Of a stretch of 62,130 bases of DNA, positions 28,337 to 38,007 are shown in pieces. The translations under genes and the position numbers were made by a program. Positions within the stretch are counted from its first letter, which is position 1, and the number at the start of each line of letters is the position of its first letter. The notes beneath the pieces are model-generated. The model was given only the letters and a program-made list of their open reading frames with translations, did no database searches and was not told where the DNA came from. The stretch lies in NCBI GenBank assembly GCA_041671325.1, contig JBAZBR010000006.1, positions 1 through 62,130 of the forward strand. The letters run 5' to 3'. The stretch is from Patescibacteria group bacterium. Its GTDB lineage: Bacteria > Patescibacteriota > Patescibacteriia > PEXW01.

Positions 28337-28339
28337 CCT

Positions 28340-28645
28340 ATGCGCATGTCTTGGGAACAATTAAAAGGCTTGCCTGTGGCAACCGTATCAGGCATTAAAG
28401 TCGGCCAAGTCGCGGGCTTGATTTTTGATCCAGAAAGTCATGAGATAGTTCAGTATGAAGTCAAACAAGGCCTGGGTTTTAGTCACCGAGTATTGTTAGT
28501 TTCAAAAAACCAAGTCATTAGCTTGACTGCTGAAAAAATGCTTATCGAAGATTTAACCGGAACCAAAAAAGTCGAAATTGACGACAAAAGGTCGCCGGCA
28601 ACCAGCCCAACAGTAACCACCCTGGCTTCAACTCGGGAAGACTAG
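28340..28645 (+). CDS. PRC-barrel domain protein
   Basis: LKGLPVATVSGIKVGQVAGLIFDPESHEI pattern. Confidence 0.75.
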   Translation: MRMSWEQLKGLPVATVSGIKVGQVAGLIFDPESHEIVQYEVKQGLGFSHRVLLVSKNQVISLTAEKMLIEDLTGTKKVEIDDKRSPATSPTVTTLASTRED

Positions 28646-28649
28646 CTGA

Positions 28650-29072
28650 TTAGAAAGAAACAATCCGGGAAGCTCCTGTAATTTGAATCTTTACCCACAC
28701 TGGCTGAAATTTTTCGAGCCAAGGTTTTATTTTATCTGCCCACTCAATTATCACCAAGGTTTTATCCAAAGACAGCCAATGTTCTAAATCCAGAGCGGGT
28801 AATTCATAGCGATCCTTTAGTCTATAACAATCAACATGGACTAGGAAATGAAAATCCTTATGGTCGTGGATATGATAAATTTGTTCCAAGACATAGGTCG
28901 GACTGGTTAAAGCCTGCTTGATGCCAAGCAGCTTGCCAATTTCTTTGGTTAAAGTGGTCTTGCCCGCGCCTAAAGGGCCGGTTAGGGCAATCAACCTGGG
29001 CCTAGCATCTAACAGGTGCTCAGCAACAATTTTTAGTTCCAATTGATTTTTGATGCTCCAGGTTTTAGGCAT
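28650..29072 (-). CDS. tsaE: t6A biosynthesis ATPase TsaE
   Basis: GPLGAGKTT, SPTY, HVDCYRL and IEWA motifs. Confidence 0.93.
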   Translation of the reverse strand: MPKTWSIKNQLELKIVAEHLLDARPRLIALTGPLGAGKTTLTKEIGKLLGIKQALTSPTYVLEQIYHIHDHKDFHFLVHVDCYRLKDRYELPALDLEHWLSLDKTLVIIEWADKIKPWLEKFQPVWVKIQITGASRIVSF

Positions 29073-29148
29073 AAGCAGATAAATTCTATCATCTGGTTTG
29101 AATAATCAAAAACCTCCGCCCAAACGAGCGAAGGCCTTTGAAAGAACT

Positions 29149-29835
29149 TCAGTCAGCGAACTGGAAAGAGGCATGTTCAATGCTTATGCCAAGAGGTCGA
29201 AGTTTTTCCCTAAGAAATTCAGACACAAGCTCAAAAAACTGTTTTTGCTGCTGGGGGTTCAACGGGTTGGATAGTTTAGAGAGTTCCCGGCCGCAAGCAT
29301 CGTTAAACTCGTAGAGGTGATATTGGATAACCCGGTCAACTAGGTAGTAAAGGTTGGTTGCCGAACCAACTTCGTACCCCATGGTTTTAGTCAAAAACCC
29401 CCAGAATTTCTCAAAAAGGGTTGCCGACGAAAGCAGAGCCTTCACCCTCACTGAATAAATAATATTCTTGACCTTTGGATTGGCTGAAATCGGCGCTACA
29501 GCCATGGACAAGCGACACTCAACATTCTCTAGGCTGATGATTTTGAGATTCGAGTCCTTGTCCCAGACAACCTTTGTTCGGTCAGCATGGCCCTCTACGT
29601 CACCGGTTTGTCTGTTGATTAGAGCGCTGTTGGAATAGACCATTACGGTGCTTCTCCAAACGTGAAACATCGCGACTGCTGAGATGAGTATGCCAGCAAG
29701 CATAAACGTAAATAGCATGCCTTGGTTGCCGCGGGCCGGCAGGGGTCCGGGTACGGAGTTAAGGAGCAAGATGATACCAAGCACCAAAACTAAGAAAGTC
29801 GCCGTGGATACAATCCGCGCTGTTCCGGCATTCAT
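29149..29835 (-). CDS. Hypothetical membrane-anchored protein
   Basis: Two N-terminal TM segments then a soluble domain; weak SPFH-like ending LGISIEHASF; own promoter TTGACA-17-TAGAGT. Confidence 0.55.
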   Translation of the reverse strand: MNAGTARIVSTATFLVLVLGIILLLNSVPGPLPARGNQGMLFTFMLAGILISAVAMFHVWRSTVMVYSNSALINRQTGDVEGHADRTKVVWDKDSNLKIISLENVECRLSMAVAPISANPKVKNIIYSVRVKALLSSATLFEKFWGFLTKTMGYEVGSATNLYYLVDRVIQYHLYEFNDACGRELSKLSNPLNPQQQKQFFELVSEFLREKLRPLGISIEHASFQFAD

Positions 29836-29996
29836 TATTCCGCCTTTCGTAAAATTGTTAAGGATTCAGTTATCAAAGCACTCTATAACAATAAGGCTTA
29901 CGTGTCAACCCTAAGGTGTTAACTGTAGAAGGGATTGACGCTTTTTTATAAGTATTGTAAATTCATTGACTACCCCCAACAAGTCAATTATTTGTT

Positions 29997-31133
29997 ATGT
30001 CCGATGATAGCTTAAAACAAGCCGTAGAATTACTTAAAAAATCCAAAAATATTTTGGTCTGTTTGCCGCGGATTTTATCAACCGACGCAATTTCCAGCGG
30101 GGTCGCCCTGCATTTGGTCTTAAGCAATTTAGGCAAAACCGTACGAGTGGTGGGCTCTGACCAGGAATTGCCCGAAAGCCATGGCTTTTTGCCAAAAAGC
30201 GGGGAAATCGCCACCAACCTGGCAAATTTGAAAAAATTCGTGATTTCTGTTGACCTGCGCAAAGCCCCAATCTCCGAGCTTTCTTATAATACCAAGGACG
30301 ACAAATTAAACATTTATTTGACTCCCAAAGCTGGTTTTTACCAGTACTCGGATATTTCTACCAGCACCACCCAGCCAGAATTTGATTGCATCATCACTTT
30401 AGATTGCCAAGACCTGGACCATATGGGCGGCCTGTTTGAACAAAATACGGAATTTTTTTATGCCACTCCCGTCATAAATATTGACCACAGTCCGGCTAAC
30501 GAACATTTTGGCCAGGTGAACGTGGTAGATTTAGTGGCGACCTCGGTTTCGGAAATCGTGGCTGATTTAATTAAAATCATCGATCCAAACATTGTCAGCA
30601 GTGATGTGGCCACGGCCTTGTTGGCGGGCATGATTGCCAAGACCAAAAGCTTTCAGACCTCAACCGTTACGCCAAAATCCTTGACTCTGGCTTCAGAATT
30701 AGTGGCAGCCGGTGCCAGGCGGGAAGAAATCATCCGAAATCTTTTCCAAACCAAATCCTTGTCAGTGCTCAAGCTCTGGGGCCGGGCCCTGGCCAGGCTG
30801 CGAGCCACCGAAGACGGTAAATTAGTCTGGGCAGTTTTAAACCGCGCAGATTTTGATCGGGCCGGCGCTACGTCTGCCTCCTTGCCTGGAGTCTTGGATG
30901 AGCTCATGGTTAACACTCCAGACGCCCTGATAACCTCGGTAATATTCGAAGAACCCAAGGGCGGAGTGACGATTTTGGTCCAGACAAACCGATCGGTTAA
31001 TGGCCTTAAAATTTTTGCGGCCTTCCAACCAGAAGGAACCGCCCATTCGCTATCGTGGCATTTGGATACCGGCACGATTATTGATGCCGAAGCGCAGCTG
31101 CGCTTGGGCTTGGAAACGCTGACCAATAAATAA
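29997..31133 (+). CDS. DHH-family phosphoesterase-like protein (NrnA-like, degenerate motifs)
   Basis: STDAISSG, LDC, INIDHS and ALLAGMIAKTKSF; DHH appears as DHS. Confidence 0.75.
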   Translation: MSDDSLKQAVELLKKSKNILVCLPRILSTDAISSGVALHLVLSNLGKTVRVVGSDQELPESHGFLPKSGEIATNLANLKKFVISVDLRKAPISELSYNTKDDKLNIYLTPKAGFYQYSDISTSTTQPEFDCIITLDCQDLDHMGGLFEQNTEFFYATPVINIDHSPANEHFGQVNVVDLVATSVSEIVADLIKIIDPNIVSSDVATALLAGMIAKTKSFQTSTVTPKSLTLASELVAAGARREEIIRNLFQTKSLSVLKLWGRALARLRATEDGKLVWAVLNRADFDRAGATSASLPGVLDELMVNTPDALITSVIFEEPKGGVTILVQTNRSVNGLKIFAAFQPEGTAHSLSWHLDTGTIIDAEAQLRLGLETLTNK

Positions 31134-31183
31134 CAGATAGTCACTTTTAGCTTGAGCCAATTAAAGCTATACTGATTTTAATT

Positions 31184-32857
31184 ATGTCATCACATTTGCA
31201 GGTTGCGCCAGAAGAAGCGCAAGAAAAATTCAAGGAAAAAATGACCGAGATTGGCATTAAAGACCAAGAGCGGTCAGTTCAGCGTCATGCCGAAGAATTA
31301 CAAATCAGTTATATCAACCTGAAAGGCTTTCCAATCGCCCCAGAAGTTTTGGTCCTCATCCCCGAAAACGTTTCTAAAGAATTGAAAATAATCGCAATAT
31401 TCCGTGAAAATGACGAGTTAAGAGTCGCCGCAGTTGATTTGGCCAATGATCAGGTTATTAATTATTTAGAGGTCCTTTCAGTAGACGCCAAAGTTAAAAT
31501 TGTCCCCTATTTGATTTCTGAGCACAGCTTTGATTTGGCTTTTAAGCTGTATGCGGCTGTACCAAAAATAAAAAAATTCGTGGTCGGCGTCCAAATTAGC
31601 TCTGATGATATCAAGAATTTTAAAGACAATTTGAAGACCATCCAAGACATCGACGTGAAGCTAAAAGAAGTTTCTTTAACCCAGGTTATTACCCTGTTAA
31701 TTGCCGGAGCCATAATCGCTCGCTCTTCAGACATCCATATTGAAGCGGAAGAAAAGCAAGTCATGATCCGCTACCGGATTGACGGCGTGCTTCACCAAGT
31801 TGCCCATTTGCCGGTTGAAGACTGGCGCAAGATAATTTCCCGCGTAAAATTATTGGCCCACCTAAAATTAAACATAACCGACAAGCCCCAGGATGGCCGC
31901 TTCACAATTTATCTTGATAAAGAGACTATTGATGTGCGTATTTCCACCCTGCCAACCTCATACGGCGAAAGCGTGGTCATGCGGCTGTTAATGTCCTCCT
32001 TAATTGGCTTGAAAATTGATGATTTGGGCATGCGAGGTAAAGCTTTGGAAACCATTAAAAAACAGGTCCAAAGGCCTAACGGCATGATTCTGACCACTGG
32101 TCCGACTGGTTCTGGTAAAACCACGACCTTATATGCTTTTTTGACCACCCTTAATAAGCCGGAAACCAACATAATTACTTTGGAAAATCCGGTTGAATAC
32201 CATTTGCAAGGCATTAACCAAAGCCAGGTCAGTGATGACCAAGATTATACTTTTGCCAGGGGCTTAAGGTCAATTTTACGCCAAGATCCGGACATTGTAA
32301 TGATTGGCGAAGTCCGCGATGGCGAGACTGCGGAAATTGCCACCAACGCCGCGCTTACCGGCCATCTGGTTTTATCCACCCTTCATACCAATGACGCGGC
32401 CGGGGCTATCCCCCGCATGATAGCCTTAGGCGTTAAATCCTTTTTATTAGCCCCGGCTTTAAATGCGGTAATCGGCCAAAGGTTGGTTCGCCGGATTTGC
32501 CAGGACTGTAAGATTGAAACCAAGGTTGAGGGAGAATTATTGACAAGAGTTAAAGAAACCCTGGCAAAAATTCCAGCCAAGAGCGGGGAAAAGCCAGATT
32601 TGAATAATCTGAAGTTTTACAAAGGCCAGGGTTGTGAAAAATGCCAAGGCATCGGCTACAAAGGCCGAATCGGCATTTATGAAATCTTAACCATGAATCC
32701 TGATATAGAAAAAATAATTCTATCCTCCCAAGTTTCGGAATATGACATCCGGAAAATCGCAGCTGACTATGGCATGCTGACCATGGTGCAAGATGGCTTG
32801 CTCAAAGTTTTGGATGGCATTACGACCGTGGAAGAAGTTTTTGAAGTGATTGAGTAA
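31184..32857 (+). CDS. GspE/PilB family secretion/pilus assembly ATPase
   Basis: SDIHIE, PQDGRF, GPTGSGKTTTLY, LRQDPDIVMIGEVRD, AALTGHLVLSTLHTND and CxxC pairs. Confidence 0.92.
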   Translation: MSSHLQVAPEEAQEKFKEKMTEIGIKDQERSVQRHAEELQISYINLKGFPIAPEVLVLIPENVSKELKIIAIFRENDELRVAAVDLANDQVINYLEVLSVDAKVKIVPYLISEHSFDLAFKLYAAVPKIKKFVVGVQISSDDIKNFKDNLKTIQDIDVKLKEVSLTQVITLLIAGAIIARSSDIHIEAEEKQVMIRYRIDGVLHQVAHLPVEDWRKIISRVKLLAHLKLNITDKPQDGRFTIYLDKETIDVRISTLPTSYGESVVMRLLMSSLIGLKIDDLGMRGKALETIKKQVQRPNGMILTTGPTGSGKTTTLYAFLTTLNKPETNIITLENPVEYHLQGINQSQVSDDQDYTFARGLRSILRQDPDIVMIGEVRDGETAEIATNAALTGHLVLSTLHTNDAAGAIPRMIALGVKSFLLAPALNAVIGQRLVRRICQDCKIETKVEGELLTRVKETLAKIPAKSGEKPDLNNLKFYKGQGCEKCQGIGYKGRIGIYEILTMNPDIEKIILSSQVSEYDIRKIAADYGMLTMVQDGLLKVLDGITTVEEVFEVIE

Positions 32858-32874
32858 AAACAAAAGATTAAAAA

Positions 32875-32902
32875 ACCCTGCAACGCGCCATTATTGCAGG
32901 GT
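32875..32902. terminator. Bidirectional intrinsic terminator
   Basis: ACCCTGCAA/TTGCAGGGT 9-bp stem flanked by A-runs. Confidence 0.7.
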
Positions 32903-32928
32903 AAAAAACAGATCAAGATTTTGGAATA

Positions 32929-33513
32929 TTATCTCCGTCGACGCGAGAGATAACAGATTTTTGCTACCAAACCCGCAACCACATACCAGCCCATTACACC
33001 GATGTTAAATAGCCATTGGCATTTCGGCCAGCGTTCTCTTTCTTGCAAAACACAAAAACACGGGCGGATAAAAACTTTCAGTAGGAAAAGTGAAACCTTT
33101 TTGTTATCCGCAAGCCAATCGGCTACCGGGGGAGACCAGCGTTCATACCAATTCGAAAGCCTCTTACCAAAACCAAACCCCTCCAGCCATGTGCGTCGGT
33201 ACTGACGGAGCGTTTCTAATAAATCGTGGCTACTAATGGAATAAAGCTGGTCTGAACAAGAAAGTAAAACCGCCGTGGTTATGGTACAACCAATGGTATC
33301 AATGAACGAATCATACTTATCAACATAACCTCGCCGCATATTCTTGATTTCCCAAGTAAGGGTTATGGATTCATTTTGTCCAGGAGGCGTAAATGTAATT
33401 CGTTTATTCGGCTTAAGTATAATTTCACTGATAATGCTATCCGGAATGGAATACCGCCTGCTTTCAGAAAGGTGCAATGCTTTTACATGCCAGCCATTTT
33501 CAGGTTTGGACAT
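32929..33513 (-). CDS. Hypothetical protein with C-terminal TM segment
   Basis: ORF-track start is 33546; ATG 33513 preferred (AGAGGG upstream; promoter TTGACA at 33588..33583). Confidence 0.5.
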   Translation of the reverse strand: MSKPENGWHVKALHLSESRRYSIPDSIISEIILKPNKRITFTPPGQNESITLTWEIKNMRRGYVDKYDSFIDTIGCTITTAVLLSCSDQLYSISSHDLLETLRQYRRTWLEGFGFGKRLSNWYERWSPPVADWLADNKKVSLFLLKVFIRPCFCVLQERERWPKCQWLFNIGVMGWYVVAGLVAKICYLSRRRR

Positions 33514-33699
33514 ATTCCCTCTTCTATTAAGATTGTTTGTTATCAAAGTGCAACGGCTTCATCTTAATACAATAAAGCCTGATGTCAAATCAATGTCGCC
33601 TAAAACGAAAATATTAAGATATTGAATAGAATTTATTAATAAAAAAATATCCCCACGCCAACATTGTTGGTATAGGGATTTTAGCAAAGGTTACTTTGC

Positions 33700-33921
33700 T
33701 TAAGAAAGGACCTTTGGGTCAATGTCTATGAAGACGCATAGACTCTTGCCCGTTTGAACCACCTCAATTTGGCCGCAGAACTGGCCATCTTCTAAACGCA
33801 AGGTTGTTGGCGGATTGGTTTGAGGGGTTATCAGGGCCAGCAATTTTTTGCCCATAATCACCTGAGCGGCGAGTGAGGTCTTATTGGGCTGGCCCAGTGA
33901 GGCTGTGGAAATGCTACCCAT
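33700..33921 (-). CDS. Small hypothetical protein
   Basis: 73 aa from ATG 33921; SD GAGGTG; hairpin downstream near 33650..33680. Confidence 0.45.
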   Translation of the reverse strand: MGSISTASLGQPNKTSLAAQVIMGKKLLALITPQTNPPTTLRLEDGQFCGQIEVVQTGKSLCVFIDIDPKVLS

Positions 33922-34039
33922 AATCACCACCTCTTTCTTGGGTTTAAAGCCCTTTATATTGAAAGAAAACGGGAGGTTTAATGAGCGCTTTGGGTAAGCA
34001 GAAGTATTATCCTTTCAAAAAATTTGGTCAAGCCATTGA

Positions 34040-34144
34040 CCCCGCACCACTTTCTATAAAATCACTCCTTAATATTTTAGGATATTTAGTAAAACAATGA
34101 CTTAATTAATAAAATTAAATATTTGCTTAGAAAGTGGTGCGGGG
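34040..34144. mobile_element. MITE-like element copy 1 (105 bp, 17-bp TIRs, TTGA flanks)
   Basis: CCCCGCACCACTTTCTA...TAGAAAGTGGTGCGGGG; TTGA at 34036..34039 and 34145..34148; AT-rich non-coding interior. Confidence 0.75.
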
Positions 34145-34203
34145 TTGACAGAAAAACGTAATCTTGTTAGGGTCTCAAAGGCTAAAATAAAAAGAGGTGC
34201 CCA

Positions 34204-34587
34204 ATGAGCAGAAGAAAGAAAGGTAACCGTAAGGATGCGGACACCCCAGTAAAAAACCTAGTCATGATTTTGAAGCTTTTCCCAAAAAGTGAAAAACGAT
34301 CAAGACTAGTAAGGAATTTTGTAAACCTGTGTTTTAACTACTATTTTTGGTATCAGGTTAACGAAGGCCAGCTTGACGGAATCAATATTCCAGAATCCGG
34401 TAAACGTCGAAAAGAAATCCACGACCAGATAATGGAAATTATCGCCAAACTGTTTTTACAGCCAGACGCCGAAAAAGTTTTTGGTGGACCGGTGCCTGAC
34501 CGCTTTATGGTAAGGCAAATTATCGTTGAACACTGCCAAAAATATGGAAAAAAACGCAAGGCCAAACCCGCAGAGCCGCTTACATGA
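34204..34587 (+). CDS. Hypothetical helical protein, paralog of 34603..35046
   Basis: SD AGAGGT; FVNLCFNY, IHDQIMEIIAKL and PDRFMV match the neighbour. Confidence 0.65.
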   Translation: MSRRKKGNRKDADTPVKNLVMILKLFPKSEKRSRLVRNFVNLCFNYYFWYQVNEGQLDGINIPESGKRRKEIHDQIMEIIAKLFLQPDAEKVFGGPVPDRFMVRQIIVEHCQKYGKKRKAKPAEPLT

Positions 34588-34602
34588 ATAAGCGGTTCTT
34601 TT

Positions 34603-35046
34603 TTATATAGTTAAACGTTGCAACATTTTTTCAACAGTTTTTCGGTCCTGGAGTTTTGCAAGCAACCCATAATTCTTTTTTGGCCAATCCTTAATAACAA
34701 TTAATTTTCTAAGGGTTTCCATTATCTCATTGTGGATAACCGATTTATGACTATCGGGCGATGAACTTGACTTTCTTCGGTAATTTTCCCCACCAGTAGT
34801 ATTTTGTTGGTATTTATAACTCTCAGTTTGATATTGTCGGCACAATTGGACAAACCTATCTCTGGCCCTATCTGTCCCAAATAAAGACAATAATTGCTCC
34901 CATTCATTAGCCAGTTCATTTGCTTCTGTTTCCAAATCAAGCTGCGTGTTTAGAGTATCTGCATGAAGCCTGTTGGTGTGTCGATCGAATTTAGCCTGAT
35001 TGACTATGGGACTTTCTTCAATTGGAAAAGTTATTCTTTCGCCCAT
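34603..35046 (-). CDS. Hypothetical helical protein, paralog of 34204..34587
   Basis: Starts 4 nt after the valS stop; FVQLCRQY, IHNEIMETLRKL and QDRKTV. Confidence 0.65.
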   Translation of the reverse strand: MGERITFPIEESPIVNQAKFDRHTNRLHADTLNTQLDLETEANELANEWEQLLSLFGTDRARDRFVQLCRQYQTESYKYQQNTTGGENYRRKSSSSPDSHKSVIHNEIMETLRKLIVIKDWPKKNYGLLAKLQDRKTVEKMLQRLTI

Positions 35047-35050
35047 AATT

Positions 35051-37648
35051 TTACTTAGTTAATTGTTTAAGTTTGAACTTTGCTTCGGCTAATTTCTTTT
35101 TTTCATTATCCACCACCACAGTCGGGGCATTTTTGGTGAATTGGGAATTTTTCAGTTTATTTTCCTGGGCTTTGATATAGTTTTTAAGATTGCTGACTTC
35201 TTTGTGTAAATGTTCCAAGCTGGCTTCGGGCAATTCCAACCAGAAGTTAACCCCAGCTTCATGGCCATGGGCCTTGCGTTCTAATTTAGCAGTCGGCACT
35301 AAAATTGCTCGAGCTAAAATTTCAATAATACCCTTATCGACCATCAAGGCTTTAGTTGCTGAACCGGTTATGTAAACTGGGACTTTTTCTTGAGGGGTAA
35401 TTTTGTGGACAGCTCGGGAATTGCGGATGGCAATAATTAACTTTTGGATTTTCAGAAATTCCTTGTCTGCCCCAGGCTTAATTTTTTTAGTCTTTGGCCA
35501 ATCGGAAATCATCAACTGGGTTTTTTTATTATGTCTTTGCCACAGGCTTTCGGTAATGAAGGGTGCAAAAGGATGCAGAAGTTTTAAGCAACTTTGGAAA
35601 ACCCCCAACAAGACCTTGGAATTTGGCTGGATTTTTTGGATTTCCACGTACCAATCAGCCAAGTCATGCCAGATAAAATCATATAAAGCTTGGCCCGCAT
35701 CGGAAAATCTAAACTTATTAAGATGTTCGGTCACTTGGTTTACTAAAATTTGTTGTTTGTGGAGTATCCACTGGTCAGCCAACGAACTCCCACCACCCCG
35801 CCCTGCGGGCACCCCTCCTCCACCGCCATTGCGGGGCAGGCGGGCAGGAGGGGAGGTTCTTGCTGGGGCCGAGTTTATTTGTCGGTCAACAAAATTACCA
35901 ATGTTCCATACTTTATTAATAAAGTTTCGATAGCCAGCGATTTTTTCTTCGCTTAACCTGAAGTCTTGGCCAGCCGTGGTGCCCAAGACCAAGCTCAAAC
36001 GGATAGCGTCAGTACCGTATTTTTCAGCCATGGGCAAAGGGTCAATGCCCGTACCTTTGGACTTGGACATTTTCTTGCCATCCTTGTCCAAAACCAGTCC
36101 ATGGATAAACACGGTTTTAAAAGGCACTTCATGAGCGAATTTTAAGGAGAACATGATCATCCTGGCCACCCAGAAGAACAGAATATCCCAAGCAGTTTCC
36201 ATGACAGCCGTGGGGTGGAAGGTTTTTAAATCTTTGGTTTTGTTGGGCCAGCCCAAAGTGGAAAAAGTCCAGAGTCCAGAAGAAAACCAGGTATCCAAAG
36301 TGTCTTGGTCTTGAATAAAATGCGTGCCGCCGCAAGTCTGACATTTATTAGGCGCCAGCGTGGCCGCGACTGGTGCGCAAGTCTTGCCCTTTTTTAAATT
36401 ATCTTGGCAATACCAAACCGGGATCTGGTGGCCCCACCAAAGTTGGCGGGAAATGCACCAGTCGCGGATATTTTTCATCCAGTGGAAATAAATTTTTTCA
36501 AAGCGTTCTGGCACGAACTTGATTTTGTCGGCTTTAACCGCGGCCAAGGCGGGTTTGGCCAAAGGCGCGATTTTCAAAAACCATTGTTTGGAAACCAAGG
36601 GCTGGACAATGGAACCGCATCTATCACAATGCGGCACGCTGGAGGTGTAGGGCTCAATCTTGATTAATAGGTGTTTTGCCTGCAAATCAGCAATGATTCT
36701 GTCCCGAGCCTGGCTGACCAACAGACTAGCGTATTTACCAGCCGATCCAGTCATCCGGTTGTCCTCACCAACTACTTGCTTGATTGGCAGTTTGTGGCGT
36801 TCCCCCATTTCCCAATCAGCCGGATCATGGGCAGGCGTAACTTTCACTACCCCAGTGCCGAATTTGGGATCCACTAACCTGTCGGCAATCACGGGCAAAG
36901 TTAAAGATCCAGATTCGGTTTCAAAAGTGATTTTTTTGCCAACGTATTTTTTATATCTGGGATCTTTAGGATTGACTGCCAAAGCTGTATCCCCGACCTT
37001 GGTCTCCGGCCGAGTGGTAGCCACGCTGAAGGGGCCGTATTTAATATAGTAAAGATGGCCAGGCGTATCTTTGTGCTTCACTTCCAAATCTGACAAAGCG
37101 GTTTGGCAACGGGTGCACCAATTAATCAGTCTTTCGCCGCGGTAGATCAAACCCTCATTAAATAAAGTTATAAAAGCTTTTTGCACGGCCTGAGTTAAAT
37201 TCGGGTCCATGGTAAAGTGTTCGCGCGACCAATCACAAGAAGCGCCCAGGGAACGGATTTGGTCAGTGATGCGCGTGCCGTATTTTTGTTTCCACGCCCA
37301 GACGTGCTTTAAAAAAGTTTCTCGGCCAATTTCGTGTCGGCTAATGCCCTCAGTCTGTAACAACCTTTCCACCAGAATTTGCGTGGCAATGCCGGCATGG
37401 TCAGTGCCTGGCAACCATAAGGTTTTTTCGCCGAGCATGCGGTGATAACGGGTTAAAATATCTTGGATGGTTATCCCAGTGGCATGGCCCAAATGTAATT
37501 CGCCAGTGACATTGGGCGGAGGCATGCTAATGGAGAAAGCTTTTTTTCTGCGGCCTGGGAGTTTGTCAGGATTAAAATAGCCAGACGCTTCCCAGCGCTT
37601 GTAAATCGGCTCTTCAATGCCTAAATGGTTGTATGCTTCGTTACCCAT
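35051..37648 (-). CDS. valS: Valine--tRNA ligase
   Basis: PPPNVTGELHLGHA, DWCISRQLWWGHQIP, GKKMSKSKG and C-terminal coiled coil. Confidence 0.98.
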   Translation of the reverse strand: MGNEAYNHLGIEEPIYKRWEASGYFNPDKLPGRRKKAFSISMPPPNVTGELHLGHATGITIQDILTRYHRMLGEKTLWLPGTDHAGIATQILVERLLQTEGISRHEIGRETFLKHVWAWKQKYGTRITDQIRSLGASCDWSREHFTMDPNLTQAVQKAFITLFNEGLIYRGERLINWCTRCQTALSDLEVKHKDTPGHLYYIKYGPFSVATTRPETKVGDTALAVNPKDPRYKKYVGKKITFETESGSLTLPVIADRLVDPKFGTGVVKVTPAHDPADWEMGERHKLPIKQVVGEDNRMTGSAGKYASLLVSQARDRIIADLQAKHLLIKIEPYTSSVPHCDRCGSIVQPLVSKQWFLKIAPLAKPALAAVKADKIKFVPERFEKIYFHWMKNIRDWCISRQLWWGHQIPVWYCQDNLKKGKTCAPVAATLAPNKCQTCGGTHFIQDQDTLDTWFSSGLWTFSTLGWPNKTKDLKTFHPTAVMETAWDILFFWVARMIMFSLKFAHEVPFKTVFIHGLVLDKDGKKMSKSKGTGIDPLPMAEKYGTDAIRLSLVLGTTAGQDFRLSEEKIAGYRNFINKVWNIGNFVDRQINSAPARTSPPARLPRNGGGGGVPAGRGGGSSLADQWILHKQQILVNQVTEHLNKFRFSDAGQALYDFIWHDLADWYVEIQKIQPNSKVLLGVFQSCLKLLHPFAPFITESLWQRHNKKTQLMISDWPKTKKIKPGADKEFLKIQKLIIAIRNSRAVHKITPQEKVPVYITGSATKALMVDKGIIEILARAILVPTAKLERKAHGHEAGVNFWLELPEASLEHLHKEVSNLKNYIKAQENKLKNSQFTKNAPTVVVDNEKKKLAEAKFKLKQLTK
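35788..35855. repeat. Palindromic element inserted in frame in valS
   Basis: CCACCCCGCCCTGCGGGCACCCCTCCT-[26 nt GC-rich]-AGGAGGGG; far more GC-rich than the rest of the gene. Confidence 0.75.
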
Positions 37649-37797
37649 ATGACGATAGCTGATTTTACTCTCAATACGGTAATTTTACCAGTCTTTAGCG
37701 GATTAAACCAAGTCAACCACTCTATTCCCGTGTTGGATTGACTTTCGTGCTTGTTTTAAATAGGCTATTATCAAGCAAAACCAAAAGGAGAAATAGC

Positions 37798-38007
37798 ATG
37801 GCCTCGGACATACTCGGGTTTCAACCTTATGGTCGGCTTAAGACATTAAGGTTTTACCAAAACGCTTATCAAAACCAGTTAGCCAATGCGCCTCTTACTA
37901 AGAAAGAGAGGAAACATATTGAGCTTTGTTTGGCTGAAGTTAAAAGAGAGTTAAAAGAACTCAATGCGGCTCTGCGTGCAATAAAAAAGAAACAGGTGGA
38001 GGAATGA
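37798..38007 (+). CDS. Small coiled-coil hypothetical protein
   Basis: Start moved from 37738 to ATG 37798 (SD AAAGGAG; promoter TTGACT-17-TAGGCT). Confidence 0.55.
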   Translation: MASDILGFQPYGRLKTLRFYQNAYQNQLANAPLTKKERKHIELCLAEVKRELKELNAALRAIKKKQVEE

